Below, in pieces: positions 39,566 through 52,347 of a DNA stretch of 64,000 nucleotides; within the stretch, counting starts at the first letter, position 1; each line of letters starts with the position of its first letter. The DNA comes from Camelus dromedarius. Lineage: Eukaryota. The notes beneath the pieces were generated by a model that was not told where the DNA came from, did no database searches, and was given only the letters and a program-made list of their open reading frames with translations. The DNA is taken from assembly GCF_036321535.1 (NCBI RefSeq), contig NC_087450.1, forward strand, positions 35,588,001 to 35,652,000. The letters run 5' to 3'. Position numbers and translations under genes: made by a program.

Positions 39566-39640
39566 TTTTTTTTTTTTTAATGGAGGTACTGGGGACAGAG
39601 TGCTAAGCATGCACTCTACCACTGAACTATCACCGTCCCC
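39566..39640 (-). mobile_element. Vic-1-like SINE lacking the B-box region
   Basis: poly(T)-aatggaggtactgggga|cagag|tgctaagcatgcactctaccactgaactat. The ttgaacccagg segment of the 11195 copy is absent. Confidence 0.85.
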
Positions 39641-41502
39641 TCTTTTCCTTTTATTTTAAACAATTTGACCCCCTTTTTTTCCCCATCAAACCTAATGAAC
39701 TGGGCTTCCCAAAGTTTGCTCATAAGTGATGAACCTTAGACACAAACCAAACTACAAAACAGAGAGGAAAGCCCTCAGCCTCTGCCCTTTGGTTGGACAC
39801 CTTGTACTTCTCAAGGGCTTAACAAATAAGCTGCATTGCGAGGCTATTTTATCCCTAGTCATACCAGCTGAAGCCATTACTGATGAGCTAGCATGTCTTT
39901 TAAACCGTCCAAGTGGATGGGGATACAAGCAGAGTACTAATTTCATTCACAGCCCACTTGAGGGAGGTGGCCATGCTTAATGATGCAGGAAACAGTGACT
40001 GATAGGCATCAACCTGCAGCTTAACCAGCATCGTTAGCCCAATGAGGGGAGCATGTGCAATGATCTGAGGAGAAGGATGTGGTACAAACTGTACACAGAT
40101 CTGTGAATGGGCTCCAGTATGGAGCTAGTAATGGACCCAAGCTGACTTCTCCTGTGTTCCTTTGGGGAATTTTGTCCCAGAAAACGGTAGAAGATAAAAT
40201 GGCTGGCACCATTCTCAATAGTCTTTGGACTTTCTAGCATCTAGAAGCAATGGGCAGGCTTCCTTCCCATGGTCTCAGAGTAGTTCCTCATCACCCGCCA
40301 TACTATTCAAGGTCTAAACATCACAAGGTGCCAAGAAGATACTAAGTAACCCCTCGTTATCAAATTATTATGAGCCTTGGGCTAGGAGTTTCAGGCTGAT
40401 ATACGGTTGATGAAAAAGTGTGAACCTTGTCCTGGTTGGTCCTCAGATAGTAATAGACATATTGGGCTCAGGCTGTTAAGCTGAAGAGCTGGGACTATAG
40501 ATCTTCTGCAGTTTTAAAAGAAAGAAATACCTGTGTATGGTAGCCCAGAAGGGACATCCTTATTGCAGTTGTTTGTTTTTAATGCACACTTGTTTCAAAT
40601 GAAGTCAAAATAAGCTACAAGCACCAAATTCTAGAAACTTTTTGAATTCAGTCTTCTGGAAGAACAAAAACCACAGGAAATCTAAATTCTTTAGCCTCTC
40701 ATTGTTGAAGTTAATCCAGTGGTATGATTTGCTATAAGAATGACTCCTCTTAGGAAGTTAATTTGGCCTGTTTATGTTAAATGGGTTAAACCGAATAGTT
40801 GGGAAGATTTGGCCTTAAAAACTTTTCCAAATGGTTATTTCAATGCGGGTTGAGGCTTTGGGTGTTTAGTAGATTTTTTTTTTCCTCTTTGCCTGGGACT
40901 TCCCTCAGTAAATAATCTCATGCTAGAGAAATGTCATGCCCTCAAATCTTGATTCCAGTAATGTATGAGGGGAGGCATGCTGTAAATAAAAATTAATCAT
41001 TTTTCAACATCTCAGCAGCAGCGTGAGTGCCACATGGGAAATGAATTACTGCCTTTGGTCCTGAAGAACATCACATAAATCATTTAAAAATTGATTTTGT
41101 AGCAGCCAAGTTGCAGGCTTTTGATAAGGGCCTCCCTTCATCCCATGTAATCTTCAGGTCATGAACCGAAGGGAAATAAAGAGTTCTACAAAACTAATGG
41201 ATCTTTTCAACTAGTTTTATTATCTGCTCACCTCTCTCCAACTTTTTAGTTACCTTCCATTGACCTTCGCTTAGAGGATTTTCTTTCCATTTCCGTAGGA
41301 AAAAAAAAATCATTTTTTTCCAAGCCAAGGGTAAGAGCAACAGGAAAGACAATTTTCTCCTGAAGAAGCTGCATCCACTGGGGGTTTTATTTCTAAAAAG
41401 CAGTGAGGATATCTGTAAAGTAGTACAGTCAGCATTGGCCTTAATATCATAAGACTTGAGTTTGACTCCTAGACCAGAGTAGCTTGTAATATTGGGCGAG
41501 TT

Positions 41503-41835
41503 AGTATAAACCAGGTTTTGCTGCAATAACAGACGGCTCCTAAAGTTTCAGGGGCTTAAAACAAGAAAGGCTTCTTTACGGTTCATGCTGCCTGTCCATC
41601 GTCACCAGCAGAGGGCTCTGCTCTACATTGTCCTCACTTCAGCACACAAGATGCTGGACCATCTTCCTTCTGGAACATCACTGTGTCTGGTGGCATGGAG
41701 AAGGGAAGATGGTTTCCACCCAAAAGTGACACATGCTTCTCTCACATTTCATTCTCCAAAGCAAAGCACAGGCCACCTTCATGGGGAAGGTGAAATGTAA
41801 TCCTCCCTTGTGCCCAGAAGCAGTGGAAGTATTCG
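41503..41835. mobile_element. Old MaLR LTR (MLT1K/J/L-like), probably inserted into a MIR
   Basis: ttgctgcaataaca...ggcttaaaacaagaaagg...aagtgacacatgcttctctcacatttcattctccaaagcaa. MIR-like halves lie at about 41400-41500 and 41840-41880. Confidence 0.75.
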
Positions 41836-41984
41836 TGTTCTACCCCCTTTAAGTCTTCATTTTCTTACCTGTAAATTACATGCACTGCTCTCCTCTGAGT
41901 GTTGTGATTAATAATTATTAATGAAATGTGGGCTCCATTTCTGTTGAATGATAACCATGAACTCTTACTCAGCTGCTATGCATG

Positions 41985-42165
41985 TCACTTACCATGCTAC
42001 CAATGCACTGTAACATTTTATTTTGTATTCACAACAATCCTATAACCCAGGCAGTAATGTCACCGCTCTGCAGATGAAGCTGGTGCTTAGAAAGGTTAAG
42101 GAACTTTCTTATGAATCAACCAGCAAATAGTGGAGCTATGACTTAAATTGTGCTTGTTAACCCCC
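41985..42165 (-). mobile_element. MIR
   Basis: tcacaacaatcctat...ctgcagatgaagctggtgcttagaaaggttaagg. Confidence 0.7.
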
Positions 42166-42959
42166 CAAACGATGATTCAACTCTGATCTGTAGGTTGTTT
42201 GAACTTTAGATTATTCTTTGAAATGATATTTATATTATAGAACCACGTTAGAGTTGGCAGGGTCATATCATTAGGTCATTTCAATGCTTAAATATCTTAC
42301 CCTTTTGGGAATTACAGGGGGATCATTTACTAAGAACAACGTTACTGCACTGATCCCTGGATATCTCTTTCCCCACATCCTTCTGTGCTTCCCGATTTAT
42401 CTCTTCCCAGCTTAGTTGGTGAGAGAGGTGGCAGGAGAACTAAATATGGACAAAATTTTAGTGGGTCTCTCATGGTTTCCCATCATTTATTTAGAGCAGC
42501 TTGGCCTAGAACTGCTGTTGTGGCCTCCATGCCCACCAGCTCCAATCACGTATGCATTCTTACAGTGAAAGCTCTGTAGACAAACTGTCTACCATATTCA
42601 CCATGAATCCAAAACAGTCTCTGGCCCAGTGCAGGGGCTCACAAAATATTTCTGGAATGAACAAATGGATGCTATTCTATTTTGTCATTAAAATAAAACA
42701 GTTTTCCCATTTTATAGCTTAAAATGGTTTATAAACCAGTTAGACCAAGATGTACTAAGACATAATAGAATTTTACCCATGGGATGGCCAAGTCAGATAT
42801 TGCTGGAATTCCCAATAGATCAGACACCACCTTTACCAGATAATCTTCATGCCACCACTGGCTTTGGTCATTATCAAGTCTCAAGAAAATCCATACCAAC
42901 TTCTCACTTGGAGAAGAACGGGAACCATTGGTTTGAAGGAGACAAAGTATTTACTTGGA

Positions 42960-43135
42960 CTTTCGTTCCTTGTGCCAAGAACTGGAGTAGATATTGGCAA
43001 CATAGTAATGAACAGTGCAGCCACCACCTTCCCTGTGTTCAAGGAGCTTGCAGTCTATTTGTGGAGCAAGCTCTCAACAGACACTACACAAAAGAAGACA
43101 AAATTTTTAGCTTTGATAAGAGCAATAAAGGAATG
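42960..43135 (-). mobile_element. L2 3' fragment
   Basis: tgtgccaagaactgg...ccctgtgttcaaggagcttgcagtcta. Confidence 0.7.
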
Positions 43136-46100
43136 CTCTTCTTTTACCTACCCCGAAACTTGCCTTTATATCTGCTCCATTATCATTTTCTCTTTGTCTT
43201 AGGCTGGAAGGTATGAGAGGAAAATGTTTATACATATTGAAAATCCCAGTGCAAAGACTGAGCTGCATTTCTATGCAGTGCTCACTCCCACATTTTCCTC
43301 TTTAAATAATTCATTCACACTTGCACATAAATGAAGGCGTAGTATCTTGACATCCAGAACAGCATGGGATCTTCCTCGAATGGCTGATGTAAAAGCTGCC
43401 TCATATTCAGGGTCTACCAGACCTCCCACCTCAAACTAGCATTGCCTACACCTCTGAGAGCAGGAAAACAGCTCAGCCAAGTGAGACCTTGGCATTGAAG
43501 TCACCTCAAATGCCCTCAAACTTTTACCACATTTTGTTTGAGCACTTCAACCCCAGTAGAACCCCAGTGAAATACCGATAGAGCAGTTTCTAATACATTC
43601 TGTTAGATTGGTGCCCCTGCTTAGTACCAAGGAGAAACCTTTTCAGCCAAGGGAGAAAATAACCAATAAATAGAATCTGAAGGGAGCTGAAAAATGATTC
43701 CCTCTGCAAGTACAAGCTGTTAATGTGCGCGGAGTACTGATAGCCTGGGCTCCCTGTTTCCTAAGGACGAGAGGCTCCACAGGGACTTCTGGGTAATTGA
43801 TCTTGACACACCCAGCGAGCACACCCCAGACTGGCCTTCCAGTTAGTGTGGTAGAACAGCCCACCTTTCTGCTGCAGAAGATCCTCGTGGCCGAGATTTC
43901 CCAGAGTACAGCCAGTGCCATTTTGACCTGGTTCTCTTGTAATCTTTATATACTCAACATATTTAGATTGTAAAGAAAAATTTATAGGCATCCTTCCATT
44001 TTTCTTCCTTTCTATCTCTTTAACAAACTGTGTTCCCAGCTGTGGCTGCATTAAGCTATCCCCCCAAACCCCCAACTTGGGATTTTGTGGATGGAAACAG
44101 GTGAAAAGTTCTTGAAAAAACTTTGATTTCTGAACTGTTTGCCACACACACTCAGGTCTGAGGGAGAGAAAACTGTATGCCTAGCTTTCTTGCCTGAAAG
44201 GATCCAGATATGTAAAATGTGCCATTATGTTTCAGAGATTGTGGCTACATGTGGGAGATATAAATTAAAAAAAACAAAAACTTCTTATCTCAGAAAGGAA
44301 AGATAATATTTCAGTAAACTGTGTCACAATTGGGGTTAAAAGGAACCCAAAGCTATTAATTCAACATCTGCTTTATTGGAAGGGTGAAGTCATATTACCT
44401 TTCCTCCAATGACTGTGGGTATAACTGATATAAATGTAACTGTCCCTAAATTTATTCAATCATCAACTTTGGCAAGAGAGAATTCAAAAAAGGAGTTCAT
44501 TGATTTTGGTCTTTATGGTCAATGCTTTTGTTCTTGATCAGTCTCGGTCAATCAGAGTTGGATGGAAGCCCGTGGGACAGAAGTGTTAAAAATTGATTTG
44601 GTGAGGTTGGTCAAGAAGATATTCTTTATCTTCAACTGACATCATAGGTTTACCTTCCACAGGCTATAGACCTTTGAGTTGTTCATTCTGTAGCTGAGAT
44701 GGGTTTTTAGTGAGTTCTGTACATCCCTTACCTGGTCCTCCCTTGTGGTTTTCCCTTGAGAAATAGCTTGCAGAGTTAGATGAGCAGGTTGTGGGGGATA
44801 ATTTACATTTGTATGTAAAGAGGAATGAGAAGGAGAGTCAAACCTCTGTTCACTTTCTCGGACTAAGGAAATGAGTCACTGTTGATGTATAAATGTTAGT
44901 TGCGTTGCAGTCAAATTCAAGTGTTCAGATGGAAGCTGTGAACACCCTAGTTTAAATTAGTCCATTGAATTCACTGTCAACTTTCTTAGATATGAGAGAT
45001 GAGATACATACATTTTGGTAGGAAATATGACTGGAAAAAATTCCGAAGTGCCATACAGTTGGGATTACTCTATTTAAGAGGGTCCCTGGGCATGCAGCAA
45101 TCAGCATGGGGGTATCACATGCCTTGTGGAAAGGTTAACAGAAGAAGATACATGGTCAAGGGGAAATTAGAGCTCATTTACTCTGTGTGCTAACCTGCAT
45201 GATTTGCCATATTGCCAGTCAAATGACTATTGGCTGTTTCTACAAATTGAAATGTACCTGACTAAAATGAAGATACTGATGATACTCAGTGACTGTTCAA
45301 ACTCTAATAAAAGAGGATCATGAGAAGAAAAGGTACTCTTGTGTGTATAAAGACTGAGAAAAGGGAAATAAGGAGTGGGAAGGAATTCCTACAACAGGAT
45401 AGAAAGAACTGGCTATTCAAACAAGGCAGTATCTAAAGGGCAGGGGCTCCCCCTGTTCAGTGGATCTTAACGTTGAAAAAGGCATGGGAGGGACTGTTGA
45501 AGACACTGGAGACACAAATCTTAGGTCTTTTAGCATACAGGTGTTTGTCATGGAAGGACCCCCCTTTCCCCATCCTTGGAAGCATTCTGGCTTAGAACAT
45601 CAGCCAGGAATATCGTAGACAGGATTTCCCTCATTAGTTGAAAATTTAGAGTAACCGACCTCTAGGGTCCGTTTCAACACTTCGCAAACCAAATATCTAA
45701 TTTAGAGACTGTCTGTAGACCTCTAGAAAATAAAATAATAATACTAGCACCTTACATCTGTGTCATTGGCTCAGTATACCTAAAAGAAGGTCTCCTTGTC
45801 ATACTTCTCTCAATTGAGGAGAATTTATCCATAGAACTGTGCCAAACTCTAAAGAAACTGGAATAGAAAAGGATGAAAACTGTCTCCATTTCTTCTTCTT
45901 TCTGGTTCAATTATAGCCATCGAGGACATCATCAGGAAATTTGATTTTCTACTGAAGATATTAAAGCCCTTAAAATGTGACCAACTTCAGGGTCTTGGGT
46001 GAAGAGGGATGAAGAGATGATGGATAGGTGCCTTGGTGCAGAAGACCGTATTTCAAGTTTTAGGACCAGTGTGATCCTAGGAATCTAAGGAGGAAATAGA

Positions 46101-48809
46101 GATGTTGGTTCCTTTATCTCATTTTGAAGTCTGAAGGCAGTTGGCTTCCCACATGTTGAGAGGTCCTTTGCTTCTGCTTAGGCACATCAGCTCTTCCAAA
46201 CGGTGACTTGAACCCACCCCCAGAGACATGCTCAACTGATGTGAACAAATTGCCAAGCATTAATTCTGACATCGGAGATGTCAGTCTACAGGCAGTCAGG
46301 GAAGCTGGGGCTTGTAATTTGAACAAAATGTCACTGTTTTGAGATTTTTTTTTTAATGTGCTTTTTATGGGATGATAAATCACAGGCCTGCGCAGGGGAT
46401 AATAACACAAAATGTTTGACAGCTTTTCTTACAATTGTTTGGCTTTCTGTTTGCCTAATTATTGTCAGCATTACCCACACTGGTAAATTGTTGTCGAAGA
46501 AAGCTCAGCGGTGACTATCAGAGTGTGTGCACCTGCGATCCTCCTGCCGTCCCATCCTCTGGGCTCTAGTCACTGCGGTGACAGGTGGGAGCGTCACCCA
46601 TCTTTGCTGTGTGAAAGTCTTAGTGAACCTCAGATTCCTGGGTCCACGTGGAGATGTGATTTTGCTGTCCAACCAGACAGGGAAACAAAGCAGAAAATGT
46701 TGCTGGAGAATTTCCGAAAGGTGATAGAAAGAACAAGGATAATTTAGTTCAGTTAGGTTTTTTGACATGCAGAGGACAGTGCAGAGAAATCATTTACCTT
46801 ATGGGTCTGGATGGGCAAATTATCTATTTATGTAATCATTCTGCTTTGAAAGGGAAGGGAATTAATTGCTTTAATTAACTCCAGGAAAGACGAGATTGTT
46901 ACAGAGGGGAGTGTCAGCGTAATATGCTTCGCCGTGATCTGATATGCTCTTGAAAATAACGGCTTTCTCTGCAATCAGTTTCCTCTCTCTGAGACCTCGC
47001 TAATGATGTCCCTGCCACAGTTAGGCTGCCTGTGAGGAGAGTCAAAAAAAAGAAGGTCAGAGAAAGGGTACTCAAGAGCTTGTCTTCACAATTGTCATTG
47101 CTTTTTTTTACAGGAGTTTCATTATCTTCCTTAAGGTTCCTCTGATTTTGGCCGATCTAATTCTCTGTCTAGAGCTGGTAGCGAGTGAATATCAGAGATA
47201 GAGTGAGTCAGATGTCATCATCTGTTTAGGTGCAGCATGTTGAGAACTTGTCTAAAAGACAGTCCCCTGTGGTATATCTAAAAATGTTTTCTGAAGTATA
47301 TGGAAGCGTGCTGGTATGTTAAGAAGCCTCCAAAGTACGCTGGAGGAGTTCATTTAAAATGAGCCAAGATCTGCAAGTAATTTTCCCCATGCTTTTGACT
47401 AAAACAGATCTAAAAAGATTATAGCGGACTCTAAGATTCAGGCTGAGAATTATGAATATATACATGTATTTATATACATACATATATATATATACACACA
47501 CACACACATACATACATATATCATTTGTTAAATATGTAATAAATATATGTAATTTATTTTCTTGATGGACTCAACTCCATATTTTGGCCGGTGGAGCTGC
47601 AGAGATTCTGGGGCTGGATGTGGGATGGACTCACCTGCTGCTCTAAATTGCAGAAGCTTTCCCGCCCCACCTCTCCAACAGTGTTACCCCACAGCTACAG
47701 AGTGTGGTGTGACAAGCCATCCCATGCCAGGTGGCAGGTTGGAGGGCTAGAGCCAGGATGCCCAACCCCATGGATATAGAAAGTGCCTCTGACCTCACGC
47801 ACCCAGTGGACTTGGGGTGTGTTCTGGGGAGAGCCCAGCTCAGAAGTGCAGACAGGCCTTCCTGGTTCTCTACAGCCTTTTTGTTTGCCCTGACTGCCTG
47901 GCCTCAGCATCAGGAAGTGCTGAATAATATTGAAAACGAAACAAACAAACAAAAAACTCCACCAAGCCCATTGATAAAGCAAGAATGTGCCCCAAAGGGA
48001 ACATACAATTTATTTGAAAGGAAACAAGCATACTAAATATATCCAGTAGAACACTTTAGACGGTATAGACAGAATTACCTCCACTCTGGAGCATTTGAAA
48101 ATGAGGATTGTCTTTTACATTCATTTTGGCACTTTTATCATATAAATATATACATATAAACAGGGCTGTATCATAACTAATATACATCTCAGATTCACAA
48201 AAGTATATTTTGGCCAGTGAACCTTGGTTTGAAAATGTATTAGGGAAACCCCATTAGAGTCCAAACAGCGCCCCCACAAAGGTGATTTTCTGTTCTATTA
48301 CCTGTTGTCTTCTTTCATAGAATTCTGAAGTGCCCTTAAAGGCTGTTACGACATTCCGTTAGGAGGAGGAACCAGTATCGTTAGATGTTCATTTTAGGAA
48401 TCAAATAAAAATATTGTGTCTCTTACGGTTTTAGAAATTTCTCACAAGGTCACAGGGTGGCTTTTCGCACAAGTACTGTCATGTGGTTACCCATCCTGTG
48501 GCTTCTGGTGGATTTCAGAGTCGGAGCATAGCACGAGGAGCAGCTTTTCCAGTTTGCAAACTGGGACGACTGTACCACGGCCCTGATTTCAGTTCTGATA
48601 CACACATGGACATAGAGTGGTGCCACGGAGGGCACCAAATGGAATCGTTGCCTCCATCTTTTTAGCGGAAGTCTCCCAGGGTCAGAGTAATCACCTTTCC
48701 TCAACTAATTAATGGGAAGAGCTTGGCATCTTGCTTACTTTTCTTGCCTCACAGACATACTCTGGGGGTGCAGGGATAGTCTACTCTTTCTGTTCCACTT
48801 AGTTGAAGG

Positions 48810-48972
48810 CTTTTTTTTTTTTTTAATCTCTATTAATTATTTTTATACAGTTTTTAAAGGTTGCTTTTCATTCACAGTTGTTACAAAATATTGGCTATAT
48901 CCCCGTGTTGTACAATACATCCTTGATCCTCTCTTACACCCAGTAGTTTGTATCCTCCAGCCCCCTACTCCT
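48810..48972 (-). mobile_element. L1 3' end fragment
   Basis: poly(T)...tttcattcacagttgttacaaaatattggctatatccccgtgttgtacaatacatcc...agtagtttgtatcctcc. Confidence 0.85.
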
Positions 48973-49624
48973 ATGTTGCCCAATATTCTACTCTTAATGT
49001 AGCCTGTCAACCAAAGCAAAGGAGACATCCTCAACCTACTTTCATTCTTCTCTTATTTCTACACATATTTTCCAACAGAATCATGGAATTTTGAAGCTGA
49101 AAGCTCTCACTTTAGAAATGAGAAAGCCAAACTCCAGAGAGGTAAAGCACCAGACCCAATATTTCATAATTGCAAAAGGAGGGCCTCAAGGACCAAGGTT
49201 CTCTGAGGCTCAGTCCAGAACACGGTCCCCTACTCCACGTTAGCCTCCTTTTGTAGTGGGGATCCTCTCTGTACAAAATGGCTTGGAAAAATCTTTTACA
49301 TTTTCCCTTCGAATGTGCATGGCAAGAGACTGTCCAATCGCTCGGAGGCACCGTGAGCTTCTAGGACCTCCCAGAAGCTGCAGATCTGGAACCCGGCTGT
49401 GGGCTGCATCTCCAGCTGATTTTCTGCCCACTCACAGCCTGCAAGGGTGCAGATGGTGAGGATATCATCGTTTCCACCATGGAGGTGGGGGAGAGAAGAG
49501 ACACTGTTCCATTTCAGTTTATTTCAAATTCATTGTTATTTGCCGTGTTCAAATTCTCTCACCTTTGCAGATGGTAAACAACCACTAGGAGGAAAGAATT
49601 CTTATTTCAAGTACCGCCATAAAA

Positions 49625-49775
49625 AGATGGCATTAAAAAAAAAAAAAAAAAAAAAAGACCTATCATTTACCAAGGGAGAGGGAAGGAAGGAAAGAGGAGG
49701 AAAAAAGCAGAAAAGGAGGGAAATCTGGGAAGAAATAGAAGTTGGAAAAAAGAGACAAAATGGAAGGAACAGAAG
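49625..49775 (+). repeat. Poly(A) run plus purine-rich low-complexity tract
   Basis: An A-run of about 20 followed by gggagagggaaggaaggaaagaggaggaaaaaagcag. Confidence 0.85.
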
Positions 49776-50165
49776 AATCAATGACAGGGCTCAATCACCT
49801 CCTGTTCTTATAATTAAATGGTGCCTCGCACATCAGTCCAAATGTTCAGTCTCTGATATAATTGTCTGATCATTAACATATGCAAAATTATAATCGCACA
49901 GTATGAGCTCTCAAGTGGAGATGTCAATATTAACACAATGAGCCTGTCAATCTTGTGAAAATGAACAGAAACAAATATGCTGGCGGAATTTCACAGTCTC
50001 CCGAGAATTTGGTGGATCTGATCAGTTTACCCCCTCTTCCCACCAACTGCATCACCTTAGGGTGGTCTTACCTTGAAGCATGTGTCTTGCAGGTTAAAAC
50101 TCACAGTGTTCTGGAGGGAAATTTGAAATTGAAAAAAAAGAGCAAATAAATTTTAACCCATTTCT

Positions 50166-50220
50166 TACGCTGTACACCAGAAAGTGACACATTGTAACTG
50201 ACTATACTTCAATAAAATTT
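50166..50220 (+). mobile_element. About 55-bp L1 3' terminus with degenerate TSD
   Basis: gctgtacaccagaaagtgacacattgtaactgactatacttcaataaaa flanked by ttaacccatttct / taaactcatttct. Confidence 0.85.
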
Positions 50221-50867
50221 TTTTAAACTCATTTCTATAAAGAAAATGATAGTTTTGAGATTTCAAGACAGTAACTCTTTGCTGCATTTAGCTTCATGTT
50301 TTCTGATGACCTTTCTGAAGAGGCTGTTTGATACAGCATTACAACAGCCTGCAAAGACGAAAAGCACGTTAAACAAGTCAGGTTAGGAGACTTTTGCTAG
50401 AGAAATAAAATGTTATTAATTTAACATGCCAACTCTGAGCATGGACTGTGGACTGCCTTCTTACAGAGCGGTGTTCTTTTTGACCTTTGCAATGTAAAGA
50501 AATGACTTAAGACTCCAATCTTGTTTCTAGTTTTAATCTATTGATGAGTTAGCAGTTGGAAAGAATTTTTTCTTTTCATGTGTAACTTTTGTCTTCTAAT
50601 GTGTAACTACCAATGCTAACATTTGCCCTCTGATTAAGTGGCAGCTTTCCAATTAAGTAAGATCTGGCTTGCAAGCTTTATCTTCCTTCAAAAGAAGCAA
50701 CTTCTATGATGACAGGTTTGAAGAGGCACATTAAAAAAGATATGGTCTTTTTAAAAAAAATCTTGCTAACAAACTTATAACTGCAGAAAGAACCATTTCA
50801 TATCTTGGTTTTTGCCAAGCTGAGCTGACCCATGCTCATTTAGAACTCTACAAAAGAATAAACTGCC

Positions 50868-51526
50868 TTTTTTTACACCTTCATGTTTATTTGCTTGTAA
50901 CTCATTGTAGTTTCTGCATTTCCAATTATGGTTTTCTCATTTCTGTGGCTTCCTACTTCTTTTCTATTTGGAATAGAATTTTCAATATTTCTTTTAGGAT
51001 AGGTTTAGTGTTGGTGAATTCTTTTAGTTTTTGCTTGTCTGTGAAATTCTTTATCTCTCCTTCTATTCTAAAGGATAGTCTTGCCAGATAAAGTATCCTA
51101 GCTTGCAGCTTTTTCTTATTCAGGACTTTGAATATATCTTACTACTCCCTTCTGGCCAACAGTGTTTCCGTAGAGAAAACAGCTGAAAGCTTTATGGGGG
51201 TTCCCTTATAACTAACTCTTTGTTTTTCTCTTGTTGCCTTTAGAATCATTTCTTTATCTTTAACTTTGGTCATCTTAATTATAATATGTCTTAGTGGAGG
51301 TCTGTTTGAGTTCTTGTTTGGGACCCTCTGTGCTTCCTGTACTTGGATAGCTGTTTCCTTCTTTAGGTTTGAGAAGCTTTTAGTCATGATGTCTTCAAAT
51401 ACCTTTTCAATCCCCTTTGTTCTTTCTTCTCCTTCTGAGATCCCTATTGTGCGTAGGTTGGCTGTACACCAGAAATTGACACAACATTGTAAACTGACTA
51501 TATACTTCAATTAAAAAAAAAAGAAG
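50868..51526. mobile_element. 5'-inverted (twin-primed) L1: antisense ORF1 plus inter-ORF segment joined to a short sense 3' terminus
   Basis: Minus ORF 51142-51510 contains NLRTIGISEGEE...IQVQEAQR...RHIIIK...KGTPIKLSAVFSTETLLARRE (L1 ORF1p RRM/CTD). The sense tail runs 51461-51522. TSD is aagaataaactgcc / aagaagaaactgcc. Confidence 0.9.
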
Positions 51527-51873
51527 AAGAAGAAACTGCCAAGTGCAACAACAACCGAAACAAAATTCACATTAATAAATTCGAAATGCTCTTTGCAGGA
51601 ATAAAGTCATACAGGCACATGATAGGAAATTTGGAGATGGAGAAAAGAAGGAAAAAACAATAATGCATGGTTTTCATTCACATCCATTATTATTGGCCAT
51701 TAATTATTCACTAATTTATTATTTGCATAAGAATTATACAGATCTGTAATCATATTGCACATATAAGTGGTGTAAAACCAAATTTTGTTTTGCTAAAACT
51801 TATAATGAGCATTTTTCTAAACCACACTCTAGAAGCATTTTGAGAGTCGGATTACTTGTAACTACACTGCACT

Positions 51874-52347
51874 TGCTACCGAAGGGAAGTTCCTGTGCCT
51901 GATGCACCATGAGGCCAAACAAACCAAAATGTCAGAGTTTGAAATGGAGACAGGTTTATTGCAGGGCCTAGCACAGAGGATGGGATGGCTTATGCCCAAG
52001 AAAACCCTGAACTCCCAGGAGGGTTTCAGCAAAGCATATTTAAAGACCAAGTAAGGGAGCGGGGGTCACAGGGTACGTGGTCAGCTTTGCACAGTCCTCT
52101 GATTGGTTGATGTTGCAGTAACAACACTGTTGACGCCTAGGCACCCGAAGGCCTGGGGGCCACATGCTCATGATCATCAAGTAGTTCATTTCTTCCTGTT
52201 GGTGGTGGTTTTTAGCATCTGAAAAACTCAGGAAATATACACAAGATACTATTATCTGAGTACTTCAGAAAGGAGCTACAGCAGAGGATATGGAGTGGGG
52301 GGGTGGTTTGCCCAGGGAAGGCCCCACAGGGTCCTGCTTGGTTTACA
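51874..52347 (-). mobile_element. ERV1-type solo LTR (family not assigned)
   Basis: TG...CA termini and a 4-bp TSD cact/catt. On the minus strand CCAAT (52102-52106), a TATA-like TTTAAATAT (52036-52044) and AATAAA (51955-51960) occur in LTR order. Confidence 0.85.

Noticed and set aside
42779-43216. Longest ORF (145 aa) and overlapping 117-aa ORF
   Set aside because: They run through an antisense L2 fragment and have no recognisable domain or splice structure.
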